Source of the DNA: Oscillospiraceae bacterium
Lineage (GTDB): Bacteria > Bacillota > Clostridia > Oscillospirales > CAG-272
Assembly (NCBI GenBank): GCA_015064685.1
Contig: SVRT01000011.1
Location: 9,401 to 73,400, forward strand
Length of the DNA: 64,000 bases
Direction: 5' to 3'
The notes under the pieces were generated by a model, which saw only the letters and a list, made by a program, of their open reading frames with translations, had not been told where the DNA came from and searched no databases. Of this stretch, positions 48,127 to 58,229 are shown in pieces; position 1 is the first letter of the stretch; each line of letters opens with the position of its first letter. The position numbers and the translations under genes were made by a program.

Positions 48127-49687
48127 TTTTATTCTCCTTAATCTCGATCAATGCATAAGCACGGGGCTTGTCGAATTTTACAGTAACGTCATTACCGCAG
48201 ACCGTCGCATCGACCGACGTATTTGATATAAGTATGTTAACGATCTCGACGCTTTCACCGACGTCGAAGGTGAAGCTGTTTCTGTCTGTAAGCTCTCGGA
48301 AAACAAGCAGGTACGACCTATCTTTTCCCTTCACCTTAAAGCCTGTAAAGTTTCTTCCGCAGGGACACTCTCCTATGGGAGAGACATCTGCCGTGGCAAT
48401 ATCCTCCCTTATTTTGCGCCAGACCTCCATTACAGGCTTAAGCTCCGCACGACGTGACTCAGGCAAGAACTGAAGCTCCATCCAGAAAAGCGGATTTGAG
48501 AGCATTACAGATGCGAAAAGATAATCCATTCCGTAGAGCGAGGGAGCGAAAACGTCATCCTCCGCGTAGCATTCCTTGAAAAGATCGGGATTTACAAGCT
48601 CAAACTGGAAGCGAGTCGAAGGGATATATTTTGAGAATCTCCAAAGGCTTCTGAGTACTCTGTAAGGATAAGAGTTTGCGCTCTTCGTATATCTGTTTTC
48701 TACGAAAATGCTACCGTATTTTTTGCCACAGAGGTAGTTTATTCTCTTATCACGGGTCACGTCAAGCTGGACCGCTACGTCATCTCCGAATGAGTATACT
48801 GCATCCAAAAGCTTTAAGAACTGATCCCTGTTCTCTCTTGACTCTATCCAATACATATCAAGCTTGAAGAATCTTACTCCCCACTCATCGTACGCTTTTT
48901 TCAGCACCGCGATATCTCTGTCAATAAGAGCGTAATTGTTCTCGCTATCGGGCGCAAACCAGATACCGAGCTTGAGTCCCGCATCTGTCGCGGCTTTGGC
49001 TATCTCTTCCATACCGAAGGGGAACTTTTCTTTTCCGTACTTCCAGAAGTCTCCTCTGAAGCATCTTCTCCCCTGCTCGTTTTTGATGGCGGGATCGTAG
49101 GTGTTTCCCGTTTGCCATCCATCGTCTATCTGAACGATATCAATTCCGATATCCTTTGCTGCCTCGATCTCACGCAGAACGAAATCACGGCAGATACGCG
49201 AATATCCGTTTCTGTCTCCCCAGGTATTCGACATAGTGCGAGGAAGCTTATTTATCATAGCATCCTTGTAATAAGAACGGCAAGCTTTTTCGATGTCCTC
49301 GGTCTTATCAAAGCCTATCGCGATCGCGTTGCCCTCATTTGACAGAGATACTACACCCTTTGTGATGTAAAGAATGCTCGTCACGTAATCGGGTGCCTCG
49401 GAGGCAATAAAGAGCGACTCTCCGCTTAAAAGATTATCAAGGAAAAATATATTTCCAGTAAGTGGCGCCTTATGTCCGTTGGCAAAAACAAGGCTTTCAT
49501 TTTCATCTATCAACGTGTCACTGTCATCGCTGAACGCGTGCAGGGATACCGTTCTGATACGCCAATGATTTCCGTCAATTCCAATAAAACCGCCCTCTGC
49601 ACCAAATGGCAAATTAATTACCCTGTCATTTATCTCAACGCTGCCTTCAACGTCAAAAAGTCTTGCTCCACATATCAATTCTTTCAT
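48119..49687 (-). CDS. GH36/GH27-clan alpha-galactosidase-like glycoside hydrolase
   Basis: IVQIDDGWQ and FFKLDMYW motifs (melibiase-type catalytic barrel). No signal peptide. Confidence 0.6.
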   Translation of the reverse strand: MKELICGARLFDVEGSVEINDRVINLPFGAEGGFIGIDGNHWRIRTVSLHAFSDDSDTLIDENESLVFANGHKAPLTGNIFFLDNLLSGESLFIASEAPDYVTSILYITKGVVSLSNEGNAIAIGFDKTEDIEKACRSYYKDAMINKLPRTMSNTWGDRNGYSRICRDFVLREIEAAKDIGIDIVQIDDGWQTGNTYDPAIKNEQGRRCFRGDFWKYGKEKFPFGMEEIAKAATDAGLKLGIWFAPDSENNYALIDRDIAVLKKAYDEWGVRFFKLDMYWIESRENRDQFLKLLDAVYSFGDDVAVQLDVTRDKRINYLCGKKYGSIFVENRYTKSANSYPYRVLRSLWRFSKYIPSTRFQFELVNPDLFKECYAEDDVFAPSLYGMDYLFASVMLSNPLFWMELQFLPESRRAELKPVMEVWRKIREDIATADVSPIGECPCGRNFTGFKVKGKDRSYLLVFRELTDRNSFTFDVGESVEIVNILISNTSVDATVCGNDVTVKFDKPRAYALIEIKENKNV

Positions 49688-50778
49688 ATTTCTTCAAGTC
49701 TCCATTTCGTATAAAGAAGTGATCTGAACGGGTCGTCGTTCCTTGCGCTTTGATAATATACCGTAAGCAGCGAGCCGTCGGACAGCTCCACTGTAGAGGG
49801 GTAACCCAAGTCACCGTGAGTAGCATCGTCGCGGAGAACAACTTCTTTTTCAAAGGTCTCTCCGCCGTCATAGCTGATCAACGCACGCTGACCGAACGGT
49901 GCTTTTCTTCTTCCGTATGAAAGAATAATTGCACCCGAGGAATGAAGGAGAAAATGAGGCGGCGCGCCGCAGTTTCCGAGAGGCTTTATCTCGCTCCAGC
50001 TTTTTCCTCCGTCGTCCGAGTGACATATATGCACGGTTATTCCATCCCCCTCCTGGACTCTTATGCCGCAGAGTATTCTTCCGTTTTCAAGCTCAACTGT
50101 GTGAGGCTCGGTGAAAATATATCCCTGGTATCCCGTTGTATCCTTAATTCTTGACACGTATTCCCACGTTTGTCCTCCGTCAAGGCTTTCGTATGCAAGG
50201 ATATCGCCCTTGCAGTCTGTGCGATCTGAATAAAACTCCTTACCAACATAAAGGAGTTTTCCGCAGCGCAGCTTAATGGGACCGTGAGGCGCGGATACGG
50301 GAACTTTTATCGCTTTTCCCCACGTTCTGCCGTTATCCTCGGACAGACGGACAAACGAGCCATATATATTACGCTCCTCGGGCATCTTCTTCAGATACTC
50401 TATCGTACCCATATAAAGCTCCCAATGAAGCTCGACCGATGCTCTGTCCGCCACGTGAGATGCGTGTGCCTCGGCATTATCGATATAAAAGTTTCTCGGA
50501 TGGTTGAAATAGGTCATAAGCAGCTTTCCGTCACCGAGCGAGACTATTCCCGCGTCTCTGTCATCGAGCGCAGTGTCGTTTATTACCGACGGGCAGGACC
50601 ATGTCTCGCCCTCGTCGCTGCTTATAAAAAGATAGTTTTTGCCGAAGGGACATATATGGCTTATTCTGTGTCCCGAACAGGCGGCGTAAAGAACTCCGTT
50701 TTCATCACGGCAAACGGTTGGCCAGCCGATATATTTGAATATTTCGTTTTCACCTCTGTAAATTATTCCGTTCTTCAT
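49684..50778 (-). CDS. BNR/Asp-box repeat protein (sialidase-like beta-propeller), cytoplasmic
   Basis: Five Asp-boxes: SSDEGETW, SEDNGRTW, SLDGGQTW, SDDGGKSW, SYDGGETF. Start moved to MKNGIIY at 50778 (AAGGAGG upstream). No clear FRIP motif. Confidence 0.7.
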   Translation of the reverse strand: MKNGIIYRGENEIFKYIGWPTVCRDENGVLYAACSGHRISHICPFGKNYLFISSDEGETWSCPSVINDTALDDRDAGIVSLGDGKLLMTYFNHPRNFYIDNAEAHASHVADRASVELHWELYMGTIEYLKKMPEERNIYGSFVRLSEDNGRTWGKAIKVPVSAPHGPIKLRCGKLLYVGKEFYSDRTDCKGDILAYESLDGGQTWEYVSRIKDTTGYQGYIFTEPHTVELENGRILCGIRVQEGDGITVHICHSDDGGKSWSEIKPLGNCGAPPHFLLHSSGAIILSYGRRKAPFGQRALISYDGGETFEKEVVLRDDATHGDLGYPSTVELSDGSLLTVYYQSARNDDPFRSLLYTKWRLEEI

Positions 50779-50992
50779 TTTTACCTCCTTGTAACAATTG
50801 ATACTCAGATTTTTGTAATCATCATCATTATACACATTTTAATCGATTTTTTTCTAAAAATCAATACAAAAACGGGACAAAAAGAAAGATTAAGGTCCCA
50901 AAATTAAATTTTTATCGCTTTTAGTATTGATTTTGTGCTTTTAATATGCTAAAATACGGTTGTAACGACCGATCAAGGGAGGACAACTGTTT

Positions 50993-51865
50993 ATGGCTCT
51001 TTCGAAAAAACCGTATTTTGTTGAAACGGTGGTACACATAGAAAATATTAAGATCCGCGTTTGTGCCGACGAAAATATTTACGCCGTGGGCGAGGAATGC
51101 ATAGCTTCGACACACAATCATTCCCTTTATGAGATAAGATATTTCGCAAGCGGAGGCGGGGAGATCGTTATTGGAAATCAGCGAATGGAGATAGCCCCCG
51201 GAAACCTCTATGTGATACATCCCAACGAATACCACTATCAAGAGAATCTAAGCATACGCGATGGGATCTCTCAATACAGTATCCGATTTGCCCCGATAGC
51301 CCCTGCTGAAAGCTCCTCTAACCTTCAAAAGCGCGCTTATGAGAGACTTTGCGAGGCGCTTTCGAGCCTTCATTATATACGAGACGAGTCCTTTGAGATA
51401 CTTCCCTATTTTGAAAAGCTCGTAACGGAGATAAAGGAGCGTCGCTACGGTCATGTTGGATGCACGACGGCTCTGCTTACCTTCATTATGACCGAGATAT
51501 TGAGACGCTCCGAGCTTGACGACCGCCGCCGCGGCATGGCGCATACGGGGGACTTTATGATCGAGACCGACGCGTTCTTTGCCGCTGAATTTACCAGAAA
51601 GGTTACGCTTTCTGATTATGCAAGACAGCTCAACGTCTCAAGCCGCCACGCTTCGAGAATAATCCGAAAGAATTTCGGGATGAGCTTCGTTGAAAAGCTG
51701 ACCGAAACTCGCATCGAGCATGCCAAGGTCGAGCTTACTCACTCCTCCCGCTCGCTCGGTGAGATCGCGGCAGATTGCGGATTCCAGAGCTACGGATATT
51801 TCATTACCTGCTTTAAAGATCACACGGGAATGACTCCTGCGCAATACAGAGCAAATAATCAATAA
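50993..51865 (+). CDS. AraC family transcriptional regulator
   Basis: Cupin-like N-terminal domain and a C-terminal AraC HTH (GFQSYGYFITCFKDHTGMTPAQYR). Confidence 0.85.
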   Translation: MALSKKPYFVETVVHIENIKIRVCADENIYAVGEECIASTHNHSLYEIRYFASGGGEIVIGNQRMEIAPGNLYVIHPNEYHYQENLSIRDGISQYSIRFAPIAPAESSSNLQKRAYERLCEALSSLHYIRDESFEILPYFEKLVTEIKERRYGHVGCTTALLTFIMTEILRRSELDDRRRGMAHTGDFMIETDAFFAAEFTRKVTLSDYARQLNVSSRHASRIIRKNFGMSFVEKLTETRIEHAKVELTHSSRSLGEIAADCGFQSYGYFITCFKDHTGMTPAQYRANNQ

Positions 51866-51868
51866 TTT

Positions 51869-51901
51869 AAAAACGGTCTTCTTTTTAGAAGACCGTTTTT
51901 A
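51869..51901. terminator. Bidirectional intrinsic terminator
   Basis: Perfect 13-bp arms aaaaacggtcttc / gaagaccgttttt. Confidence 0.85.
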
Positions 51902-51903
51902 AA

Positions 51904-53154
51904 TTATTCTACCGTAACAAATACACCGTGTCCCTGCGGAAGGACAAATTCGTAATAACCGCTATCTCCATGCATAACGCAAGGCTCTCCGTTTATATAC
52001 TGAGTCACCTTTCCATCCAATTTCACTCTTACATGAGATGTCTTGGGTGACTTGAAAGGACTGTAATTGACAAGGGTAAACGCGTGTCCCGTGTCCTCCT
52101 CCTTTCGGAAACAACCGACAAGAAGAGGGGTGTCTGACTCTATTTCTCTGATCGTATCAAACTCTGTGTATGGATGCTCAAGTCCAAGATACTTAACCTC
52201 ATCGGAGTAATTCACATTGAACACGCCAACGTTTTTATAAGAGAGGTACACATCCTCCATCCTGTGAATAGCGTCCGCGAGATCCTTTGCCGCCCAATAT
52301 ATCTTGGTTTGATGTCCGCGCTCATCAAGCATACATCCGCTGTGGACCGCTCTGTGAGCAAAAACGTAATATTCAAAATGAGTTGCGCCGAAGGACATCA
52401 TCGTGTAAAACTGCTGTACTATCTCACAGGGCTCGGGCTCGCGTATTCCCTTACTCCAAGAGCAGCTCTGCATAACTCCCCAAAAATCACGGCCGCTTTT
52501 TCGGCAGGCATCCGCTACTATCTCAAGATTTTTACAATAATCGGCGTATTCGGTTGGAATATAGTACGCGGGAAAACGCTCGGGACAAGCGGGATCGGGT
52601 ATTCTCTGATAAGGGTAAACGTCAACGCAGATATAGTCCGTGTTGACCTTTTTCACGTATTCATCGATATATTCACGGTATTCATCCGTGGATATCTTAT
52701 AATATTCTATCGCAGATTTCCAAGCGCCGCCCTTGAGCTGCGCAGAGTTTGCGTACATCGGGAGAAGATTGATGTAAGGTATCTTATCGGGAAACCTCTT
52801 CTTGAATTCTTCAACCTCTTTACCTAGCACCTCAAAATGATCGCTTCCCGGCTCGTCAACGTAGGTGCAAGCGATAAAGCAAGGATGCTTTTCAAAAGCC
52901 GTCCCCTCAAGCTTGTCAAGATCGGGCATCCACGCCTCCTTGTAGTATTTCATCACGTCTGTCTGTCGAAACGCACAGGTGACTCCGTGCTTATCAAACC
53001 AAGAAAGTATCTCGTCACGTCTGCCCTCGGGCAAACTGTCTATGAAAATTGTGGCAAAGTTTACTCTTGCCTCTTTGAGCATAATGACGTGCTCCTCATC
53101 AAAGTTCATAATTGGCGTGCACATTCCGATTCTTATTTGTCTTTTTCTTGCCAT
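51904..53154 (-). CDS. Hypothetical cytoplasmic protein, possibly glycoside-hydrolase-like
   Basis: Clean 416-aa ORF in a carbohydrate locus. I recognise no motif and there is no signal peptide. Confidence 0.35.
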   Translation of the reverse strand: MARKRQIRIGMCTPIMNFDEEHVIMLKEARVNFATIFIDSLPEGRRDEILSWFDKHGVTCAFRQTDVMKYYKEAWMPDLDKLEGTAFEKHPCFIACTYVDEPGSDHFEVLGKEVEEFKKRFPDKIPYINLLPMYANSAQLKGGAWKSAIEYYKISTDEYREYIDEYVKKVNTDYICVDVYPYQRIPDPACPERFPAYYIPTEYADYCKNLEIVADACRKSGRDFWGVMQSCSWSKGIREPEPCEIVQQFYTMMSFGATHFEYYVFAHRAVHSGCMLDERGHQTKIYWAAKDLADAIHRMEDVYLSYKNVGVFNVNYSDEVKYLGLEHPYTEFDTIREIESDTPLLVGCFRKEEDTGHAFTLVNYSPFKSPKTSHVRVKLDGKVTQYINGEPCVMHGDSGYYEFVLPQGHGVFVTVE

Positions 53155-53164
53155 GATTATTACC

Positions 53165-55198
53165 TCACTTTACCTCTACCGTGTAGATACACGGCACGTT
53201 TGCGCTTATTTTTTCAAAGCGTATCCTTACTCTTTTTTCATCGGGTTTTGATCTGTAATTAAACGACACGATAGCTTTTCCGTCGCATTTGGCGTTAACA
53301 GTGTGCTCACTGTCTCCGATTGTCACCTTCATGCAGAGAGTATCAGTATTACTTCCCGCCTCAACGGTTATCAGATTATCACTTTCCGGAGTAATATTCA
53401 TTTCGTAGCTGAACCAGCCGTGTGCGTTTATAGTGCTCCATTCAAGCCCCTTGCGGTTCCCGGGAATACGACAAAGCTCCCCGTCGCGCATCAGCGTGTC
53501 GCTGAAATTTACTTCTTTTTGAAGCTTGTGACCTTCGCAAGCGCCGCCGCAGATAACGTAATCAGTCAAGCCCTCTTTCGCAAGCTCCCTGTTTTTCCTC
53601 TCTTCATACGCTAGGCTCGCTTCGGTCTCTCTGACAAACTCGGATATCATGTCTCTGTTGTGTACAAGCCCATCAAGCCGATCGCCGATAACACAGTGAA
53701 ACATTTCACCAAGCTGCTCCTTGCCAAGAGCTTCAAGCTCCAAAAGCCTTGAGAGACCCTTTTTCAGCTTGCTGTAATATTCCCTCTCTCCTCCGTCCAT
53801 ATACCTTGAATATGAAAAGAAAACTTCAACAATCTCACCCCAGATGCGTGCACAAAGATCAAGATTTCTGAACTTTACATAAAGATCAGCAAATTCATCC
53901 TCCACGATCTCATCCTTCAAAGCAAGCACCCTTTGCAAAAGCATAGCGGCATCATTTTTCGCACTCTCTATCTCGTCAAAGATCTTTCCTATATTTCCAC
54001 GCTTCCAGCCAACGGGAACAAACCACTCATCAGAGGCAATACAATAATTCTCTCTCATCATCTCAAAATAGAAATGGTTTTTCGAGTGATTCAGGGTCGG
54101 AAAACGGCTCAGCTCGCTGAAATAATAACCGTTGAGAAAAAGAATTTTCCTGACAACGTCCTCTGTACGCTCCATTATCGCCCTGACCTTATCAGCGGTT
54201 TTTCCGTATTTCCCTTTAAAAAACAGGTCTATCGCTTCATCAACGTTTTCGCCGCTCATAAGCGCGTGCATAATGACAAGATTGACCTCGTTCACCTCTC
54301 CCCACGGATAAAAGCCGCTCCTGTCGATCCTCGAGACGTATCCGCAGGGGAAATACTTTTCGCAATGATAATAATTCTCCTTTATATGCTCCTTTATCAT
54401 CAAGGGCAATCTTCCCTTTCCGAAATACTCTCCGAAAAGGTCTGTCTCCATAAGCAGAGGATTTTTATCAACGTTGCGGATAAATTGGTTCGGAGGCAGC
54501 GTCAGACTCCAGTCAAACTGTGTCCACTTGTCCATTATCACCATGTCGGTCGATACCTGCTCATATACCTTAAGCAAGGTTACGTAGTCCTCTTCAAGCG
54601 TTGCATCGGTGCGGACTATTATTTTTTTGCCGTATTTTGCGCAGGTATCGTACAGCAGCTGCGTTACGTACTTCATTCGTTCCGTCGTGGAGAGCTTTTG
54701 ATTCTTCAATCGCATCAGCGGAACCTTGGTTTCATAATAGGTTATCACAAGACCGTCCATAAGCGGATAAGTCTCAAAGAAATCCTTAAGCTTGTTCTCG
54801 AGAAAATCCTTGAGTATCGGATGGCTCACCTCAACGTCACCGTATTCGTTGAGCAACTCCGGAAAAGCCTCGCAGAATCCGTCGGGAATATCAAGCTCGT
54901 GATGCCACATATACGTTTCTATCCCCGCCGCGTGAGACTTTTCAAGTGCTTCATTTACTACCTTTATGCAATGATTTACGTAATCGGCATCCTTTGAGGA
55001 GTTAAACCGAGAATACTTTTTGTAAAAAACCATTCCGTCCACGTTTCCTCTGACGGGATCGTGAATTGGACCGATCAGTTGGATGTGATTATATCCGTGC
55101 TTGATAGCATGATCTATAGACCTAAGATATATCTCCCTGTCAACTCTTACAGGATTGAGCACGGATATTCCCTTTATCTCTTTTTTATTATTCATCAT
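53165..55198 (-). CDS. Hypothetical 677-aa cytoplasmic protein (TIM-barrel-hydrolase-like N-terminal part, beta-sandwich-like C-terminal part)
   Basis: Clean ORF with no signal peptide. The N-terminal part (HGYNHIQLIGPIHD ... GIETYMWHHELDIPDGF) looks like a glycosidase barrel. The family is unassigned. Confidence 0.35.
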   Translation of the reverse strand: MMNNKKEIKGISVLNPVRVDREIYLRSIDHAIKHGYNHIQLIGPIHDPVRGNVDGMVFYKKYSRFNSSKDADYVNHCIKVVNEALEKSHAAGIETYMWHHELDIPDGFCEAFPELLNEYGDVEVSHPILKDFLENKLKDFFETYPLMDGLVITYYETKVPLMRLKNQKLSTTERMKYVTQLLYDTCAKYGKKIIVRTDATLEEDYVTLLKVYEQVSTDMVIMDKWTQFDWSLTLPPNQFIRNVDKNPLLMETDLFGEYFGKGRLPLMIKEHIKENYYHCEKYFPCGYVSRIDRSGFYPWGEVNEVNLVIMHALMSGENVDEAIDLFFKGKYGKTADKVRAIMERTEDVVRKILFLNGYYFSELSRFPTLNHSKNHFYFEMMRENYCIASDEWFVPVGWKRGNIGKIFDEIESAKNDAAMLLQRVLALKDEIVEDEFADLYVKFRNLDLCARIWGEIVEVFFSYSRYMDGGEREYYSKLKKGLSRLLELEALGKEQLGEMFHCVIGDRLDGLVHNRDMISEFVRETEASLAYEERKNRELAKEGLTDYVICGGACEGHKLQKEVNFSDTLMRDGELCRIPGNRKGLEWSTINAHGWFSYEMNITPESDNLITVEAGSNTDTLCMKVTIGDSEHTVNAKCDGKAIVSFNYRSKPDEKRVRIRFEKISANVPCIYTVEVK

Positions 55199-55207
55199 AA
55201 AACCCTT

Positions 55208-56104
55208 TTATATATTGATAAGCAGGACGGCGACAAGACCGATAAATATCCCCGCAAGCTTTTTTACAGTTATCTTTTCTTTAAAAATCAGCGCACCAAC
55301 CGCAGTCGTGACCGAAATACTGATAACGCTCTCAAGCGATAAAAGTACTACGGAATCGACGGTTTTTGCGAGAGTCGTCACAACGATATTGACAACGAAT
55401 ACAGCACACGAAAGTATTGCCCCATAGCCGTAGAGCCTTTTGTCAAGCGACTCTATTGCAAATCGCTTTCTCTCTTTTTTTGTTTTTATTTTACATGACA
55501 CCAACGCACAAAGCGAAAGTATCAGCGCGTTCGACGCAAACATCAGAAATGAAAACGCAGCCGTATTTCCGCCCTCAACGTTCTTGGCAAAAAACTTCTG
55601 AACAACGACTATAAGTCCCTCGCCTAAAAAATACGCAACAAGCATAAGAACGGTTTTCAACGTCATCTTGCCGCCGGTGCTTTTTGAGTCCGAAACCAAA
55701 AAATAGGTAGAGATCACGAAAACTACAAGCCCGACCCATTGCAAAGCACCCATAGGCTCGTCAAATAGGAATATTCCCAACACACAGGGCAAAATTATAC
55801 TCGCCGAGGACGTCATATTGATGAGCACGAGAGTGCATCCCTTCATCGCCTCGAGCGAGGAAAATATACTTACAGTCAAAAGAAATGCACTTGCGACCGA
55901 GCAGATAAGCGTTGGGATATTGAATCCGTAAAAGCCGGTGACGGAAAGCGTGATAAGTGCAAAAAGTGCGGCTAAAAATTGGTACACCGCCCCATAGTGA
56001 AAAAACTTAACACCGCTGTCAATCAACGAGGCGGTCTTTTTCGAGCACACCTTCTGTGCTATTCGCATCAATGCCAACGCGCAAAACAATAAAGCGTTCG
56101 TCAT
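55208..56104 (-). CDS. Polytopic membrane transporter (DMT/EamA-like, about 10 TM helices)
   Basis: 298 aa, almost entirely hydrophobic helices in two similar halves. Confidence 0.55.
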   Translation of the reverse strand: MTNALLFCALALMRIAQKVCSKKTASLIDSGVKFFHYGAVYQFLAALFALITLSVTGFYGFNIPTLICSVASAFLLTVSIFSSLEAMKGCTLVLINMTSSASIILPCVLGIFLFDEPMGALQWVGLVVFVISTYFLVSDSKSTGGKMTLKTVLMLVAYFLGEGLIVVVQKFFAKNVEGGNTAAFSFLMFASNALILSLCALVSCKIKTKKERKRFAIESLDKRLYGYGAILSCAVFVVNIVVTTLAKTVDSVVLLSLESVISISVTTAVGALIFKEKITVKKLAGIFIGLVAVLLINI

Positions 56105-56118
56105 AATCTATCTGTTTT

Positions 56119-57177
56119 TCATCCGAGCTTTTCAAGCTCCTCGGAGATAACGCGCCACATCGTATCCTCGCACCACCAATGCTGATGCTCGTTTACGGTA
56201 AGGCTACACAAGTCAGCCGCTCCCGCCTTTTCGTATATCCTTTTTACCGTCTCAAATCCGCGCTTAACGCCTTTTATCGGGAAGCAGGTATCGTATTTTC
56301 CAGAAACAATTGCCAGGCGGCGAGGAGCGATAAGACAGGAGAGATCCTGCATATCAAACCATCTGTAAGCGTTTGGAATATAATTACACGTGCAGTGATA
56401 GAATCTTAATACCGACTCGGGATAAGGACAGAACGTACAGCTCGGAGCGCATATCTTTATTCTCTCATCTATGCACGCGGCATAGTAAGATGCAGTACCT
56501 CCGCCCGAGTTACCCGTAATGACGATCCTGTCAGTATCACATTCGGGAAAAGCAGAAAGAAGGTCGATGGTGCGGCTTATATCCCACACTCTCTCACCGA
56601 TAAGCGTTCTGCCAAGCATCTGCGCGGTCATAGCCTCCCAATAGCAGGATCCGCTTTCGGGACGGATGCTGACACGCCTTATAAGAGTGTTCATCGCCCG
56701 ACGCTCGCCCATTCCTCTTTGCTCTATGGCAACCGCGACGTATCCTTTCTTAACCGCTTGGATAGCGAAAGTTCCCCTTCCCGTGTCGTAATCCTCCGTG
56801 TCGGGACCGGGATCACCGATAGAAGAACGAAATCCCATTTTGTTGTGTCCCTGCAAGGTTATTACAACAGGTGCCTTCCCCTCAAGCCTATCGGGTATCA
56901 GTATATAAACGGGTACAACAGAACCGACCTCGCTTTCAAATTCAAAGCGAATCTGTCTGTAGCCCTCCATCTGTTCTTCCTCAAATATCTCCATTCGAGG
57001 ATCATTGACCGCGTTTTCAGATATTGTATCAAGACCCAAAAGCTCGATAAGCTTCCCTCTTATCTTCTCTTTCCATTCGCTAAAATCCGCGCTTTCATCA
57101 AACGAAAGCTCCGGTGTCAGCTTTTCAGTGATACGATCGTGGCAAAGTAATCCGTTAATCTCCATAATCTTCTCCAT
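56119..57177 (-). CDS. Alpha/beta hydrolase (carbohydrate esterase-like)
   Basis: Nucleophile elbow GNSGGG and upstream IEQRGMGER. No signal peptide. Confidence 0.65.
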   Translation of the reverse strand: MEKIMEINGLLCHDRITEKLTPELSFDESADFSEWKEKIRGKLIELLGLDTISENAVNDPRMEIFEEEQMEGYRQIRFEFESEVGSVVPVYILIPDRLEGKAPVVITLQGHNKMGFRSSIGDPGPDTEDYDTGRGTFAIQAVKKGYVAVAIEQRGMGERRAMNTLIRRVSIRPESGSCYWEAMTAQMLGRTLIGERVWDISRTIDLLSAFPECDTDRIVITGNSGGGTASYYAACIDERIKICAPSCTFCPYPESVLRFYHCTCNYIPNAYRWFDMQDLSCLIAPRRLAIVSGKYDTCFPIKGVKRGFETVKRIYEKAGAADLCSLTVNEHQHWWCEDTMWRVISEELEKLG

Positions 57178-57331
57178 TCATATCCGCACAGCAGTGCATT
57201 TTTTATTCAACTCGATTATATCACAGCAATAACACACTCGCAATATTCAAAAGAGTCAAAAAAATGCTCTATTCCGCTTTTTTTGAACATTTACGCTTGA
57301 CATAATGCTTTTTACTGTCTATAATTAAAGC

Positions 57332-58210
57332 ATGAATACTTTAACAACACACGAACAGCAAAACAGCCTGCTCCCCGACGAATCGGGATTTGCGTTGCAA
57401 ATACTGCAAAGCGCCAACCGCCCCCTCTGCTCACATAGCTATTTCGAAATAATCTATATTTTGGACGGAGAAGCGGAATTAATCAAGGAAGGAGAAAAAA
57501 CGCAGCTTTCCCTCGGTGATTGCAGATTGATCGCACCAAATACACAGCATAGCATCTCAAGTCCCGGCACGTTATTGCAAAGATCGGTTATTATTTCAAA
57601 TAAAATTTTTGAGCAATATTTATCCCTGATAGCGCACCAAGATGAGAAGTATATGGCGTTACCCGTCAATCACGATTTCGTACATCTCTCGGTGTCGGAG
57701 CTTATGGAGCTTGAGGCGATCGCCCTGCGCTATTCCTCGGTTTCCGATCTGACGCGAAAGCGCGGATACGGAGCAGAGATGCTCATAAAGATATTTAACA
57801 TATTTTTCAACGAGATCGAAAGAAGCAAGCCATCTGATTCACCTCTTATGCAAAGAATCCTCGATCTTCTCAATACGTCTGCCGGCATACGCGGCGGACT
57901 TCCCTATATTTGTAAAACGTTGCAGTACAGTGAATCCTACGTATCCCACCGCTTTAAATTTCATTGGGGGGTTACCTTTTCGCAATATCTTAAGGACACG
58001 CGCCTCAAGTATATCGAATATTATCTGAAAACAACTAACTATTCGCTCAAAAACATAGCCGATCTTGTCGGTATTGAGAGCCTTTCATATCTTAACCACA
58101 TCTTCAAGGAAAAGTATAACGTAACCCCCTTGAAATACCGAAAGCTTTATGCAAATCCATCTCCAAATCCATCTAAGATAAACCAAAAAAGATCCGTCCG
58201 CAAGGCGTAA
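57332..58210 (+). CDS. AraC family transcriptional regulator
   Basis: C-terminal AraC HTH (YVSHRFKFHWGVTFSQYLKDTRL ... YLNHIFKEKYNVTPLKYR). It is divergent from the esterase operon. Confidence 0.85.
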   Translation: MNTLTTHEQQNSLLPDESGFALQILQSANRPLCSHSYFEIIYILDGEAELIKEGEKTQLSLGDCRLIAPNTQHSISSPGTLLQRSVIISNKIFEQYLSLIAHQDEKYMALPVNHDFVHLSVSELMELEAIALRYSSVSDLTRKRGYGAEMLIKIFNIFFNEIERSKPSDSPLMQRILDLLNTSAGIRGGLPYICKTLQYSESYVSHRFKFHWGVTFSQYLKDTRLKYIEYYLKTTNYSLKNIADLVGIESLSYLNHIFKEKYNVTPLKYRKLYANPSPNPSKINQKRSVRKA

Positions 58211-58229
58211 GCCATGCGGACGGTAATTG

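Noticed and set aside
53933-54997. 354-aa plus-strand ORF
   Set aside because: It is antisense to the 677-aa gene, has low-complexity hydrophobic and basic content and no RBS. It is a shadow ORF.
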